Of a stretch of DNA of 64,000 nt, positions 1 through 14,013 are shown piece after piece. Origin of the DNA: the human T2T-CHM13v2.0 reference genome, Homo sapiens; assembly GCA_009914755.4 (NCBI GenBank), contig CP068257.2:22912001-22976000 (forward strand), given 5' to 3'. The position numbers and the translations under genes were made by a program. A model generated the notes under the pieces. It did no database searches and had not been told where the DNA came from. It was given only the letters and a program-made list of their open reading frames with translations. The number at the start of each line of letters is the position of its first letter. Position 1 is the first letter of the stretch.

Positions 1-1297
1 TTGGTCTCTATTAATATGTGCTGAGAGATCTGGCAAGATGGCTGAATAGGAACTGCTCCCGTCCACAGCTCCCAGCCAGGCCAATGCAGAAGGCCGGTGA
101 TCTCTGCATTTCCAACTGAGGTACCCAGTTCATCTCACTGGGACTGGTTAGAGAGTGGATGCAGCCCATGGAAGGCAAGCATAAGCAGGGTGGGGCGTCA
201 CCTCACCCGGGATGTGCAAGGGATTGGGAAACTCCCTCCCCAAGCCAAGGGAAGCCATGAGGGAATGTGCCTTGAGAGACAGTGCTATCCGGCCCAGATA
301 CTACACTTTTCCCATGGTTTCTGCAACCCACAGACCAGGAGATTCCATCGGGTGCCTACACCACCAGGGCCCTAGGTTTCAAGCACAAAACTGGGTGGCC
401 ATTTGGACAGACACTGTGCTAGCTGCAGGAATTTTTTTTCGTATCTCAGTGGCACCTGGAACGCCAATGAGACAGAACCGTTCACCCCCTGGAAAGTGGG
501 TTGAAGCCAGGGAGCCGAGTGGTCTTGCTCAGTGGATCCCACCTCCAAGGAGTCCAACAAGCTAAGATCCACCGGCTTGAGGGAGGGAAGGGCGTCCACC
601 ATTACTGAGGCTTGAGTAGGCTGTTTTCCCCTCACAGTGTAGTAGAAGCCACTGGGAAGCTCGGACTGGGCAGAACTCACCACAGTGCTGCAAAGCCGCT
701 GTAGCCAGACTTCCTCTCTGGATTCCTCCTCTCCGGGAAGGACATTTCTGAAAGAAAAACAGCAGCCCCAGTCAGGGGCTTATAGATGAAACTCCCATCT
801 CCCTGGGACAGAGCACCTGGAAGGAGGGGTGGCTGTGGGTGCAGCTTCAGCAGACTTAAATGTTCCTGCCTGCTGGCTCTGAAGAGAGCAGCAGATCTCT
901 CAGCACAGTGCTCTAGCTGTGCTAAGGGACAGACTGCCTCCTCAAGGGGGTCCCTGACTCCCATGCCTCCTGACTGGGAGACACCTCCTAGAAGGGGTCA
1001 GCAGACATCTCATACAAGAGAGCTCCAGCTGGCATCTGGCAGGTGCCCCTCTGGGGTGAGGCTTCCAGAGGAAGGAACAGGCAGCAATCTTTGCTGTTCT
1101 GCAGCCTCTGCTAGTGATACCCAGGCAAACAGGGTCTGGAGTGGACCTCCAGCAAACTCCAGCAGACCTGCAGAAGAGAGGCCTGACTATTAGAAGGAAA
1201 ACTAACAAACACAAAGCAATATCAACATCAACAAAATGGATGCCAACTCAAAAACCCCATCCAGAGGTCATCAGAATCAAAGATCAAAGGTAGATAA

Positions 1298-2320
1298 ATT
1301 CACAAAAATGGAGAAAAACCAGGACAAAAAGGCTGAAAAAGGCCTCTTCTCCTCCAAAGGATCACAACTCCTCACCAGCAAGGGAACAAACCTGGGTGGA
1401 GAATGAGCTTGATGAATTAACAGAAGTTAGCTTCAGAAAGAGGGTAATAACAAACTCCTTCGAGCTAAAGAACCATGTTCTAACCCAATGCAAGGAAGCC
1501 AAGAACCTTGAAAAAAGGTTACAGGAACTGCTAATTAGAATAACCAGTTTAGACAAGAACATAAATGACCTGATGGGGCTGAAAAACACAGCACAGGGAC
1601 TTTGTGAAGCATACACAAGTGTCAATAGCCAAATTGATCAAGCAGAAGAAAGGATATCAAAGATTGAAGATAAACTTAATGAAATAAAGCATGAAGACAA
1701 GATTAGAGAAAGAAGAATGAAAAGGAATGAACAAATCCTCCAAGAAATATGGGACCATGTGAAAAGACCAAACTACGATTGACTGGTGTACTTAAAAGTG
1801 ACAGGGAGAATGGAACGAAGTTGGAAAACACACTTCAGGAGGTTATACAGGAGAACTTCCCCAACCTAGCAAGACAGGGCAACATTCAAATTAAGAAAAT
1901 ATAGAGAACACCACTAAGATACTCCTCTAGAAGAGCAACCCAAAGACACATAATCATCAGATTCCTCATCATTGAACCAAAGAAAAAATGTTAAGGGAAT
2001 CCAGAGAGAAAGGTCAGGTTTCCCACAAAGGGAAGCTCATCAGACTAATAGTGGATCTCTCTGCAGAAACTCTACAAGCCAGAAGAGAGTGGGGGGCCAA
2101 TATTCAACATTCTTAAAGAAAAGAATTTTCAACCCAGAATTTCATATCCAGCCAAATTAAGCTTCATAAGCAAAGGAGAAATAAAATCCTGTATAGACAA
2201 GCAAATGCTGAGGAATTTTGCCACCACCAGGGCTGCCTTACAAGAACTCCTGAAGGAAGCACTAAACATGGAAAGGAACAACTGGTACCAGCCACTGCAA
2301 AAACATACCAAATTGTAAAG
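1298..2320 (+). pseudogene. L1 ORF1 remnant (frameshifted and stop-interrupted ORF1p)
   Basis: ATG at 1298 ('atggagaaaaaccaggacaaaaag') is out of frame with the longest open segment 1396..1782. The ORF1 C-terminal homology (…GPIFNILKEKNFQPRISYPAKLSF…) appears in another frame at 1972..2160. Confidence 0.8.
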
Positions 2321-2381
2321 AACGTCGACACTATGAAGAAACTGCATCAACTAATGGACAAAAAAACCAGCTAGCATCATA

Positions 2382-5300
2382 ATGACAGGATCAAATTCAC
2401 ACATAACAATATTAACTTTAAATGTAAATGGGCTAAATGCCCCAATTAAAGGACACAGACTAGCAAATTGGATAAAACATCAAGACCCAATGGTGTGCTG
2501 TATTCAGGAGACCCATCTCAAGTGCAAAGACATACAAAGGCTCAAAAAGGGATAGAGGAATATTTATGAAGCAAATAGAAAGCAAAAAAGCAGGGGTTGC
2601 AATCCTAGTCTCTGATAAAACAGGCTTTAAACCACAAAGATCAAAAAAGACATAGAAGGCCATTGCATAATAGTAAAGGGATCAATGCAACAAGAGGAGC
2701 TAACTATCCAAAATATTTATGCACCCAATACAGGAGCACCCAGATTCATAAAGCAAGTTCTTAGAAACCGCAAAGAGACTGAGACTGCCACACAGTAATA
2801 GTGGGAAACTCTAATACCCCACTGTCAATATTAGACAGATCAACAAGAGAAAAAGTTAACAAGGATATTTGGGACTTGTAATCAGCTCTGAACCAAGTGG
2901 ACCTAATAGCCATCTACAAAACTCTCCACCCCAAATCAACAGAACGTACATGCTTTTCAGGACCACATTGCACTAAATCTAAAATTGATCACATAATTGG
3001 AAATAAAACACTCCTCACCAAATGCAAAAGAATGGAAATCATGACAGTCTCTCAGACCACAGTGCAATCAAATTAGAACTCAGGATTAAGGAACTCACTA
3101 AAAACAGCACAACTACATGGAAACTGAACAAATAGCTCCTCAATAACTACTGGGTAAATAATGAAATTAAGGCAGAAATAAATAAGTACTTTAAAACCAA
3201 TGGGAACAAAGACACAACGTACCAGAATCTCTGGGACACAGCTAAAACAGTGTTTAGAGGGAAATTTATAGCACTAAATGTCCACATGAGAAAGTGGGAA
3301 AGATCTAAAATTGACACCCTAACATCAAAATTAGAAGAACTACAGAAGCAAAAGCAAACAAATTCAAAAACTAGCAGAAGACAAGAAATAACTAAGATCA
3401 GAGCAGAACTGAAGGAGATAGAGACATGAAAAACCCTTTTAAAAAAATCAGTAAATCCAGGAGCTGACTTTTTGAAAAGATTAACAAAATAGATTGACCA
3501 CTAGCCAGAATAATAAAGAAGAAAAGAGGGAAGAATCAAATAGACACAATAAAAAATGATAAAGGGGATATCACCACCAATCCCACAGAAATACAAAATA
3601 GCATCAGAGAATACTATAAACACCTCTATGCAAATAAACTAGAAAACCTAGCAGAAACGGACAAATTCCTGGACACATACACACTCCCAAGACTAAACCA
3701 GGAAGAAGTCAAATCTCTGAGTAGACCAATAACATGTTCTGAAATTGAGGCAGTAATTAATAGCCTACCAATGAAAAAAAGACCGGGACTAGACGGATTC
3801 ACAGCTGAATTCTCCCAGAGGTACAAAGAGGAGCCTGTATTATTCCTTTTGAAATTTTCCAAACAATAGAAAAAGAGGAACTCCTCCCTAACTCATTTTA
3901 TGAGGCCAGCACAATCCTGATACCAAAACCTGGCAGAGACACACACAAAAAAGAAAATTTCAGGCCAATGTCCATGATGAACATCGATGTGAAAATCCGC
4001 AATAAAATAATGGCAAAACGAATCCAGCAGCACATCAAAAAGCGTATCCACCACAATCAAGTCGGCTTCATACCTGTGATGCAAGGATGGTTCAACATAT
4101 GAAAATCAGTAAACATAATCCATCACATAAACAGAATCAATGACAAAACAACGTGATTATCTCAACAGATGCAGAAAAGGCCTTCAATAAAATTCAACAC
4201 ACATTCATGCTAAACAAACTCAATAAACTAGGTATTGAAGGGACATATCTCAAAATAATAAGAGCTATTTACGACAAACGCACAGCCAATATCATACTGA
4301 ATGCACAAAAGCTAGAAGCATTTCCCTTGAAAACCGGCACAAGACAAGGATGGCCTCTCTCACTACTCCTATTCAACACTATATTGGAAGTTCTGGCCAG
4401 GGCAATCAGGCAAGAGAAAGAAATAAAGGATATTCAAATAGGAAAAGAGGAAGTCAAATTGTCTCTGTTTGCAGATGACATGATTGTATATTTAGGAAAC
4501 CACATCATCTGAAAACTCCCTAAGCTGATAAGCAACTTAAGCAAAGTCTCAGGATACAAAATCAATGGGCAAAAATCACAAGCATTCCTATACACCAATA
4601 ATAGACAAACAGAGAGCCAAGTCGTGAGTGAACTCCCATTCACAATTGCTACAAAGAGAATAAAATACCTAGGAATACAACTTATAAGGAATGTGAAGGT
4701 CCTCTTCAAGGAGAACTACAAACCACTGCTCAAGGAAATAAGAGAGGACACAAACAAATGGAAAAACATTCCATGCTCATGGATAGGAAGAATCAATATC
4801 TTGAAAATGGCCATACTGTCCAAAGTAATTCATAGATTCAATGCTATTTCCCTGAAGCTACTATTGACTTTCTTCACAGAATTAGAAAAAACTACTTTAA
4901 ATTGTATATGGAACCAAAAAAGAGCCTGTATAGTCAAGACAATCCTAAGCAAAAAAACAAAGCTTGAGGCATTACGCTCCCCGACTTTAAACTATACTAC
5001 AAAAGTCCACATTAACCAAAATTGCATGGTACTGGTACCAAAACAGATATATAGACCAACGAAACAGAACAGAGGCCTCAGAAATAACACCACACATACA
5101 TGACCGTCTGATCTTTGACAAATCTGACACAAACAGGCAATTGGGAAAGGATTCCCTATTTAATAAATTGTGTTGAGAAAACTGACTAGCCATATGCAGA
5201 AAACTAAAGCTGGACCACCTCCTTACACCTTACACAAAAATTAACTCAAGATGGGTTAAAGACTTAAATGTAAGACCTAAAGCCACAAATACCCTAGAAG

Positions 5301-6300
5301 AAAACCTAGGCAATACCATTCAGGACATAGGCATGGGCAAAGACTTCATGTTTAAAACACAAAAAGCAATGGCAGCTAAAGCCAAAATTGACAAATGGGA
5401 TCTAATTAAACTAAAGAGCTTCTGTACAGCAAAAGAAACTATCATCAGAGTGAACAGGCAACCTACAGAATGGGAGAAAATTTTTGTCATCTATCCATCT
5501 GACTAAGGGCTAATATTCAGAATCTATAGGAACTTAAACAAATTTACAAGAACAAAAAAACCCCATCAAAAAGTGGGCAAAGGATATAAACAGACACTTC
5601 TCAAAAGACGACATCTATGTGGCCAACAGACATAAGAAAAAATGCTCATCATCACTGGTCGTTAGAGAAATGCAAATCAAAACCATGATGGGATAACATC
5701 TCATGCCAGTTAAAATGGCAATCAATAAAAAGTCAGAAAACAACAGATGCTGGAGACGATGTGGAGAAATAAGAATGCTTTTACACTTTTGGTGGGAGTG
5801 TAAATTAGTTCAACCATTGTGAAAGTGTGGCAATTCCTCAAGGATCTGGAACCAGAAATGCCATTTAACCCAGTAATCCCATTACTGGGTATATACCCAA
5901 AGATTATATATCATTCTACTATAAAGACACATGCACACGTATGTTTATTGCAGCATTATTTACAATAGCAAAGACTTGGAACCAACCCAAATGCCCATCA
6001 ATGATAGACTGGTTAAAGAAAATGTGGCACATAAACAACGTGGAATACTATGCAGCCATAAAAAAGGTGAGTTCATGTTCTTTTCAGGGACATGGATGAA
6101 GCTGGAAACTATCATTCTCAGCAAACTAACACAGGAACAGAAAACCAAATACTGCATGTTCTCACTCATAAGTGGGAGTTGAACAATGAGAATATATCGA
6201 CATAGGGAGGGGAACATCACACACTAGGGCCTGTTGGGGGGTGGGGGCTAAGGGGAGGGATAGCATTAGGAGAAATACCTAACATAGATGACGGGTTGAT
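2382..6300 (+). pseudogene. L1 ORF2 remnant (endonuclease / reverse transcriptase), multiple stops and frameshifts
   Basis: Begins 'atgacaggatcaaattcacacataacaatattaactttaaatgtaaatggg' (MTGSNSHITILTLNVNG). RT motifs around 4153-4512 (…LSLLLFN…, FADDMIVY). C-terminal region through about 6300. Boundaries approximate. Confidence 0.75.
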
Positions 6301-9300
6301 GGGTGCAGCAAACCACCATGGCACATGTATACCTATGTTACAAACCTGCACGTTCTGCTCATGTTCCTAGAATTTAAAGTATATTAAAAAATATGCCAAG
6401 TGCTTATTATCAGAATGTTAACAGAAAATATAGACAGAAAAAATAACTTTGTGTATATACTCTGTCATAAACAGCACAATCACCAAATTTTAGTCATACT
6501 ATGCTCTTAAATCATATCTGATGTTTCTAAATTTTTAAAGTATTGTGCTTCTTTTAAACAAAGATCCATATACAAATGTTGAGACAGCCTGCAGCATTTA
6601 AGTTGCAAAAAGATGCTCTAAGTGGAAATTGTGTATAATTTTAAGATAACTAAGCAGTATACCTAGACAATATAACAAGACAAGTTCAGTAGCATAACTC
6701 TTAGCGGCAGGTATTATAAATTAGGTAAAAATTACATTCACTTTTAAAGAAACACTGATGAATTCACTAATAAGGGAAAGACATTACACATTATTTTAAA
6801 CATACTGTTAAACAGACACTATTGTAATGCTGTAATGACATCCCAGTAGGCGGCACATATTACACACCATTTACCGCGGCAAGGAGCATGAGAGCCATTG
6901 CACAACTGGCTACAGGAGGATAAAGTGGTAAATCGCAGCATCACTGAAGCATGAATGTAGCCTAATTAACAAAACTGAAGCTTCTACACTCATGCTGTCT
7001 TTTCACATGTCTTAATTCACTTGCATGGTCTATGCCTTTGTGTTCAGTAGAATGTTGCTTCTCACTGGCATGCTGCAGTGTTTCTCGTCTACCTGCTGCA
7101 TTTTGAGTGATATCTTAAGATGCTGTGCATGCAATTATCTTTTGCTCAGTAGTATTCTACTTAAAATCTACCATCTAACTTCTAGCTTCTTCTATTAAAA
7201 GCAAGTAGAAATGTCTGACTTCTGGAATCACATTCAAAAATATATTTCTTAATTTCTTGTAGTTATGAGTGTAATTCCGTTTATTTCAACAAAATCCTAG
7301 CTAAATTCTTTTCTACAATTTTTAATACCCAAGGATATTAACTTACACTGGAGAGTAATAGAGAAGAAAACAAATGAGGCTTACCTTTCTTGATGACAGG
7401 CAAAACTACTCATCTCTGAATACTTCTGTCAGCCTCTCCGTCTTCAAAATATACATCAACTTTTCTCTTCTCTCTCCATTCAGTAGAATGAAAAACTGTT
7501 TAGTTTTATATAGCTGCACTGTTGTAAGTCATACAAATAATATTATCTGTATGAAATAGTGAAAGATCAGTTGATAGAACATCTTAAGTCCTGTTGTTTA
7601 ATTACTGAAACCCGTTTAAATCTTCTGTGGCATAATTTGCTCTTTGAATCATGAGAGAGTGATTGATTACTTTTGGAATGTTACTGATTTTGAAGTTCAT
7701 TTGATTCCATTTATCTTCATCTCTTATCATGTACAACTTTTGAGGAAGGAACAAATCTGAAGCACAATATATTTATGTGTTTGAATACCATAAAGCCAAA
7801 ATAAAGCCTCATTAACCAATTCTTTCAGTGGCATTGTCACTGATTTTTGTTTGTGAGCTTCAGTAAAGCAGCCTAAACAACAATGCCAGGTCTCTAGATA
7901 TGTGGCATGATATAATAAAGTCAAGTGAGTTATTCTTATGCCACAATATCTTATCTACAACATGTAATGATGAACAAAATTCAATGTATTAAACACACCT
8001 ATGTATATATACAATTCATTACATATGTACCTGATATATTCATCCATAAACAGATGCACTGAGTTATTATTGATGACAGTAAAATGAACACATTTAAATT
8101 GTTCAATGTAATAATTTTGATATCTGCATACACTAATGGCACTATGATTATAATCAAAACAATAAATATACCTTAACTTCAAAAGCTTTCTGTGATCCTT
8201 AAAGTCCTCTCTGTTGTTTATTTTTCAAGATAGTGGTTCAATTTAAAAAATAAAAAAAATTATGAAATACAGAAGAATAATTGAAATATATTTTCACCAG
8301 AGCTCATAACCGATCATTATATCTTTCCTCCACCACCCATTACAGCACTTCAGGCGATGATGCTGCTTGGTTGATTGGGTAATCAAGAAGAGCTTAACCC
8401 TGAGGGAGATGAGGCACTAATTTTCTTGCCCTATTGAGGTTTTCATTATTGCAATTGCTAATTCATTGTTATAAGTTGGCAGAGACTCAACAATAAAACC
8501 CCTGTGCTCTAGACATATTTCATTTTGTAGCAGGAAGTGTAACTCCTCCAATTAACTTTTTTTTTTTTGCTTTTGCCTGTTATTCTGTGGTCATGAGAAT
8601 TCCAAAGTTGACCATGAGGCAGTCTTAGCTTCTCATTTCATGGAAACCCTACTTTCACATGGTAAAACCATCCCTGCCTAGGAATAAGAGCTCTAGTGCA
8701 ACAGACCTTCACTTTACCATGATAGGAAGCACAATTCTCCAAGTGAGTCACTGGAAATAGTGAGAAGGGCCGATCTTACTTCCATCTTTTGCTTTGTGAA
8801 CTCATGTATTCTAGCTATTTAAGATCCAATGCCATATTCTACCATTAGTTTGATGACATAACAGTCCCTGGAAAACAGTAAACGAGATTTGCTAAGTATT
8901 GTTGTCAAGCTGAATTCTTATCTTGTGCTTTGACAGTCTATCCTGATATTGTCACCCTCAGATGCTGATGAGGGGTGTGCTATTTGGTGGGACTAGGGGA
9001 GCCCATGATCATTCATCCATATTGCAACTCCTTTCCTATTAAATGCCTCCCTTGGTCTGAGGTATGTAACACAAAATCTCCTGTAATTAAATCAGGAGGT
9101 CTTCTACTGGTGATGACAGAGATATCATTGACAAGAAGGGAAAACCCATATCAGATATAGGTGGGAGTATGCATAATAATACATTTATAATTTCTCAAAG
9201 GTAAATGATTCTACTGAAATGGACTTGACACCAAGTAGTTAGCTGGCCTCCTTAAGACATGCTGGGAAATAGAGAGCAGCATAGGTTTCTGTGGTTGATA

Positions 9301-9947
9301 AATTAAGAACTCAACACTAGCATGTCCTCTGGGTGAGAGGAAGGCCACACTGCAGTGTCCATACATCACACTCATCCTTGAAATCTTGGAAACTCTGTTC
9401 ATGGATCCTTCATACAAATTCTATGTGACAAAGAAGAGAGAGTAGCTGACATCCACCTGTTATTTGTGAAATAACTCATTTCAAATGATCCTTTTCCATG
9501 GGCATTGATACATGATTCAAAGACCTACATACCTTTTTTCCTACTCTAATTGGTCCAATGCTAATCCTTTCCAGACTGTTTTGACTCCAACATTTAGTCT
9601 TGTCCTTTCTAATCCCCTAACTTATGAGCTAAGCCATTCACCACTGTCTGGGAGTCCATACATCTATTCTCATCAGGTCATATACACATATATACAGAAT
9701 TGAATATCAATAATACAGCTTATTATGAAGTTTTTCTACCATTGATGTTTGTTAGGGTCACTGTTAAGTAAGGCAATAATGTGTCAGTGTTTTTTTTGTT
9801 GTTGCTGTTGTTGTAATTAATATATTGAGTCACAATGTTTATGACCTACTCAGAACTTTTGATTCACTCTATTAAATGAAGGTAAATCATACATATAAGA
9901 AAGATGTAGACTGAGGAGAGAAAATAGGTCAAAAGAGGTAGATGAGG

Positions 9948-10339
<392 letters not shown>

Positions 10340-11156
10340 TTACTAGTATCCCTGCTTATCTAATTATTTTGTGGATCTGACAATACCATACGTCATGGTA
10401 ACCAAGCTCAGTTACTTAATCTACTTTTAGTCTCTCTGATTCTACTAGGCTCCAGTTACATTTCAGAAACTGTTATTAATTGGTAAATAGTTCTCTGTAT
10501 CAGAAGATATAACCTTGCTCTAGAATCTTGGTATCTGGGGAAGGTTGTAAACTTTGGCTGTAAATTTCTGTTGATACTCTTCCTTTAAAAAAGTGGAGTT
10601 CATTTTTCCACCCATGTGAAATTGGGATGGCTTTGTGGATTGCATAAGCCAGTAAATGTGTTGGAAATAATGCTGTTTCTCATAGTTTGAATTCTCCCGG
10701 AAACAGAGCCTGAAATGGAGGTTAGTGTGCGTGATGTTTATTAGGGGATGCGCTTTGTATTAACATCTACATAGACAAGGGGAAGAAAGCAAAGTTTAAC
10801 AGAGGAAGAAGATGACCTGCAAACAACTTACTGTATCTTTAGCCGACCTGCCATGGAGCACTGGAACTAAAATGTCTTTCAGAGTCATCCTTCATTTAGT
10901 TAAAATGGCCAAGTCTTTCTTTATGCCCGATTACCATCATTTATTGAATGTGGGTGTCCTTGATGGTAGGTTACCACAGGTGCAGTAAATATCTGTAACT
11001 GACACAACTTTTGAAAGTGCTCACATGGGAAAACTTTTTGTTAACAAGATTTCCAACCACAAGGCAACATGTTTTTTGAAGAAGAATATGGACGATATAT
11101 TCCTATGTCCACCATACCGTATGACTTCTCAGGCTATGCTTTAAAATCTGTTTGCT

Positions 11157-11468
<312 letters not shown>

Positions 11469-11978
11469 TTTGCCTCCTTCCTTTTAATTCTTTTGGAACA
11501 CTCTTTCATTTATTATTATTTTTAAATTTTCTGTATTTTATGATTCTTTAGCATGTTGGGGCCTTGTAGACCTTGGGAAAGGCTGATTCCCCCAGAATTA
11601 GCTTTTTCCTGGACATAGCAAACAACTTACCTGTGAATATGCCTTTGATATGCAAACCAACCGAATCTGAGTTCATAAACTCCATCATCTGCTTTATCAG
11701 GCTCTTGCCATCCAGGGACAATATCTCCCTGCCCTAAATCAGTCCAGCACCAAGTACTAGGCAACGAGGGACCACCCTTATAATCCAGAGCCCACCAAAA
11801 TTATTCAGTGTCAAATTCTAAGCCTACTTACCATTCCTCACCCTTTCCTTCCCAAAATAACCACAATACAGGTTTTCAGCCATGTTCTTCATTTGCTTTT
11901 TCAGACTCCTAACTGACCCTGGTGCCTCTCCATGCGGCCTGCATGGTGTGGTATTCCCCATTCTTTTGGAAACAGTGA

Positions 11979-12338
<360 letters not shown>

Positions 12339-13649
12339 ACAATTGCCATTTTAATTACAGTAATCTCCTGATCTGTTGGCCTCACCATACCTAAATAAAG
12401 TAAATTCTCATGTACCTTTTAAAATAACTCTCTCTTCAAAGCCATCAACTTTTTGCAGAAGGATAAGCAAAATTATTGGATGATGAGAGACCATGTGCAA
12501 TGAGAAAGGCTCCATGAACAGAACTGAAGCTATACAGTCAATAGCCTGTACTAAAGCCCCATACATGTGAGAAGGATCTCCTGGGACATTTCAGCCCAGC
12601 TGAACTCCCAGATGAAGGCAGTCCCACAGTCATCACAGCCAACACTGTATCTGCCAGCCAATCCTCAGAAGCATGAAAAGTAATAAACCTGTTTTCAAGA
12701 AACTGTTTGTGATGATTTGTCATGTCACAATAAATTATTACTCACCATAAACAAATAATCAGAAATTAGTGCCACAGGTAGTGGGCTGTTGTAACAAAAC
12801 CTGTAATATTTGGCACTGGCTTTTGGAAGTGCTAATAAGTAAGAACATTAAAAAGGATAAGGAAGCCGTAATTGAAAACTAGAGTAATAGTAAACTAATG
12901 GTTGGTGGAGGGTGGAGCAGGCAAAAAGAAATTGCTATTTGACACTGGGATAACTGGGAGAAAAGAAGACACATGTTACATGACATCATTACCTACTGTA
13001 GCACAGAAGATGGGAAATGTATTAAATGAACTTATTATATATGAAGATATGTTCAAGTAGGATATTAAAAATGCTGATTGGTTTCTTCTATTAATTGGCA
13101 GAGATAAAGATAAACTGAACATTTTACATTTTCAAGCAGAATCTAGAAGACAATTTTGTAATGCAGAACTTGCTGGCTTGCAAAATAAAACTTTATCATC
13201 CTCAACTTCTTCAGCTGGGAAATGGTTGACAAATTAAGAAGTGATCTCAGGCAAAATTGAATTTCACCTAACTGGTCTCAGAACACTCGAGAAGCCGAGG
13301 CAGGTACTGGCTGAAAGGCTTTATGAACGTAGATATGGAATGCCTTCATATGCTACTGGTTTTTCTTTTTCCTTGACTGATTATAGACTTGGTTTGGAAA
13401 TTCTATAGACTAAGATAACACAATTTTGAAAAGTGAAATGGGACATTAATTTATAGCAAAAAAAAAATTCTACCTTTACATCCTCAGAGAACTTCTATGA
13501 GTGAATTTCTCCCTCTCCACCTCTTTCTATCTGCTAAGGCAAGGGTAAGTGATCTGATTGGGGTATGCATGACCCATGGATGTAGAACATCTATCTATCT
13601 CACACTCCAGCAGGAGCTTATGGCCTTTTTGTCTGCCTGCCTTGTGTGT

Positions 13650-14013
13650 TGACATGGTTTGGCTGTGTCCCCACCCAAATCTCATCTTGAATTGTAGCTC
13701 CCATTATCCCCAATTGTCATGGGAGGGACTTGGTGTGAGGTAATTGAATCATGGTGAAGGGTTTTTCCCATGTTGTTCTCACGATAGTGAATAAGTCTCA
13801 TGAGATCTGATGGTTTTATAAAGGGCAGTTTCCCTGCACACACTCTCTTGCCTGCCACCATGTAAGATGAGCCTTTGCTCTTCCTTTGCCTTCCACCATG
13901 ATTGTGAGGCCTCCCCAACCACGAGGAACGGTGAGTCTGCTAAACCTCTTTTTCTTTATAAATTACCCAGTCTTGGGCATTTCTTCATATCAGTATGAGA
14001 ATGGACTAATACA
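13650..14013 (+). mobile_element. Solo LTR of the THE1 family (ERVL-MaLR), likely 5-bp TSD 'tgtgt'
   Basis: Starts 'tgacatggtttggctgtgtccccacccaaatctcatcttgaattgtagctccc', contains '…gccttccaccatgattgtgaggcctcccc…' and ends '…cttcatatcagtatgagaatggactaataca'. These are the canonical MaLR LTR termini TGATATGG…CTAATACA. Confidence 0.85.

Larger units (their letters stand above)
25..6392 (+). mobile_element. Near full-length LINE-1 of an older primate L1P subfamily (L1PA8-L1PB-like), with a long 5'UTR (~1.27 kb), degenerate ORF1 and ORF2, 3'UTR and a short A-rich end
   Basis: 5' end 'ggcaagatggctgaataggaactgctcc' matches the L1 5'UTR start. ORF track 1396..1782 is the ORF1 coiled-coil region (...ERISKIEDKLNEIKHEDKIRERRMKRNEQILQEIWDHVKRPN). 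ORF 4153..4512 is the ORF2 reverse-transcriptase domain with the FADD motif. ORF 4624..5103 is the next ORF2 segment. The 3' end 'ctagaatttaaagtatattaaaaaa' is a typical L1 terminus. Many frameshifts and stops; CpGs largely decayed. Confidence 0.93.

Noticed and set aside
372-683. 103-aa antisense ORF inside the L1 5'UTR, considered as a possible primate L1 ORF0
   Set aside because: The position is roughly compatible with the antisense-promoter region. I cannot recall the ORF0 peptide well enough to confirm homology, and this old L1 copy is heavily mutated. I leave it as a note for comparison and do not call a feature.
1396-1782. 128-aa ORF that looks like a coiled-coil protein gene
   Set aside because: It is the conserved central segment of L1 ORF1p (…QAEERISKIEDKLNEIKHEDKIRERRMKRNEQILQEIWDHVKRPN) inside the L1 at 25-6392. 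The upstream ATG (1298) is out of frame and a stop follows, so it is a retrotransposon pseudo-ORF and not a host gene.
4153-5103. Two ORFs (119 aa and 159 aa) with reverse-transcriptase-like sequence
   Set aside because: They are L1 ORF2 RT-domain fragments (FADDMIVY motif) separated by stops and frameshifts. They are part of the decayed L1, not an independent gene or a novel RT system.
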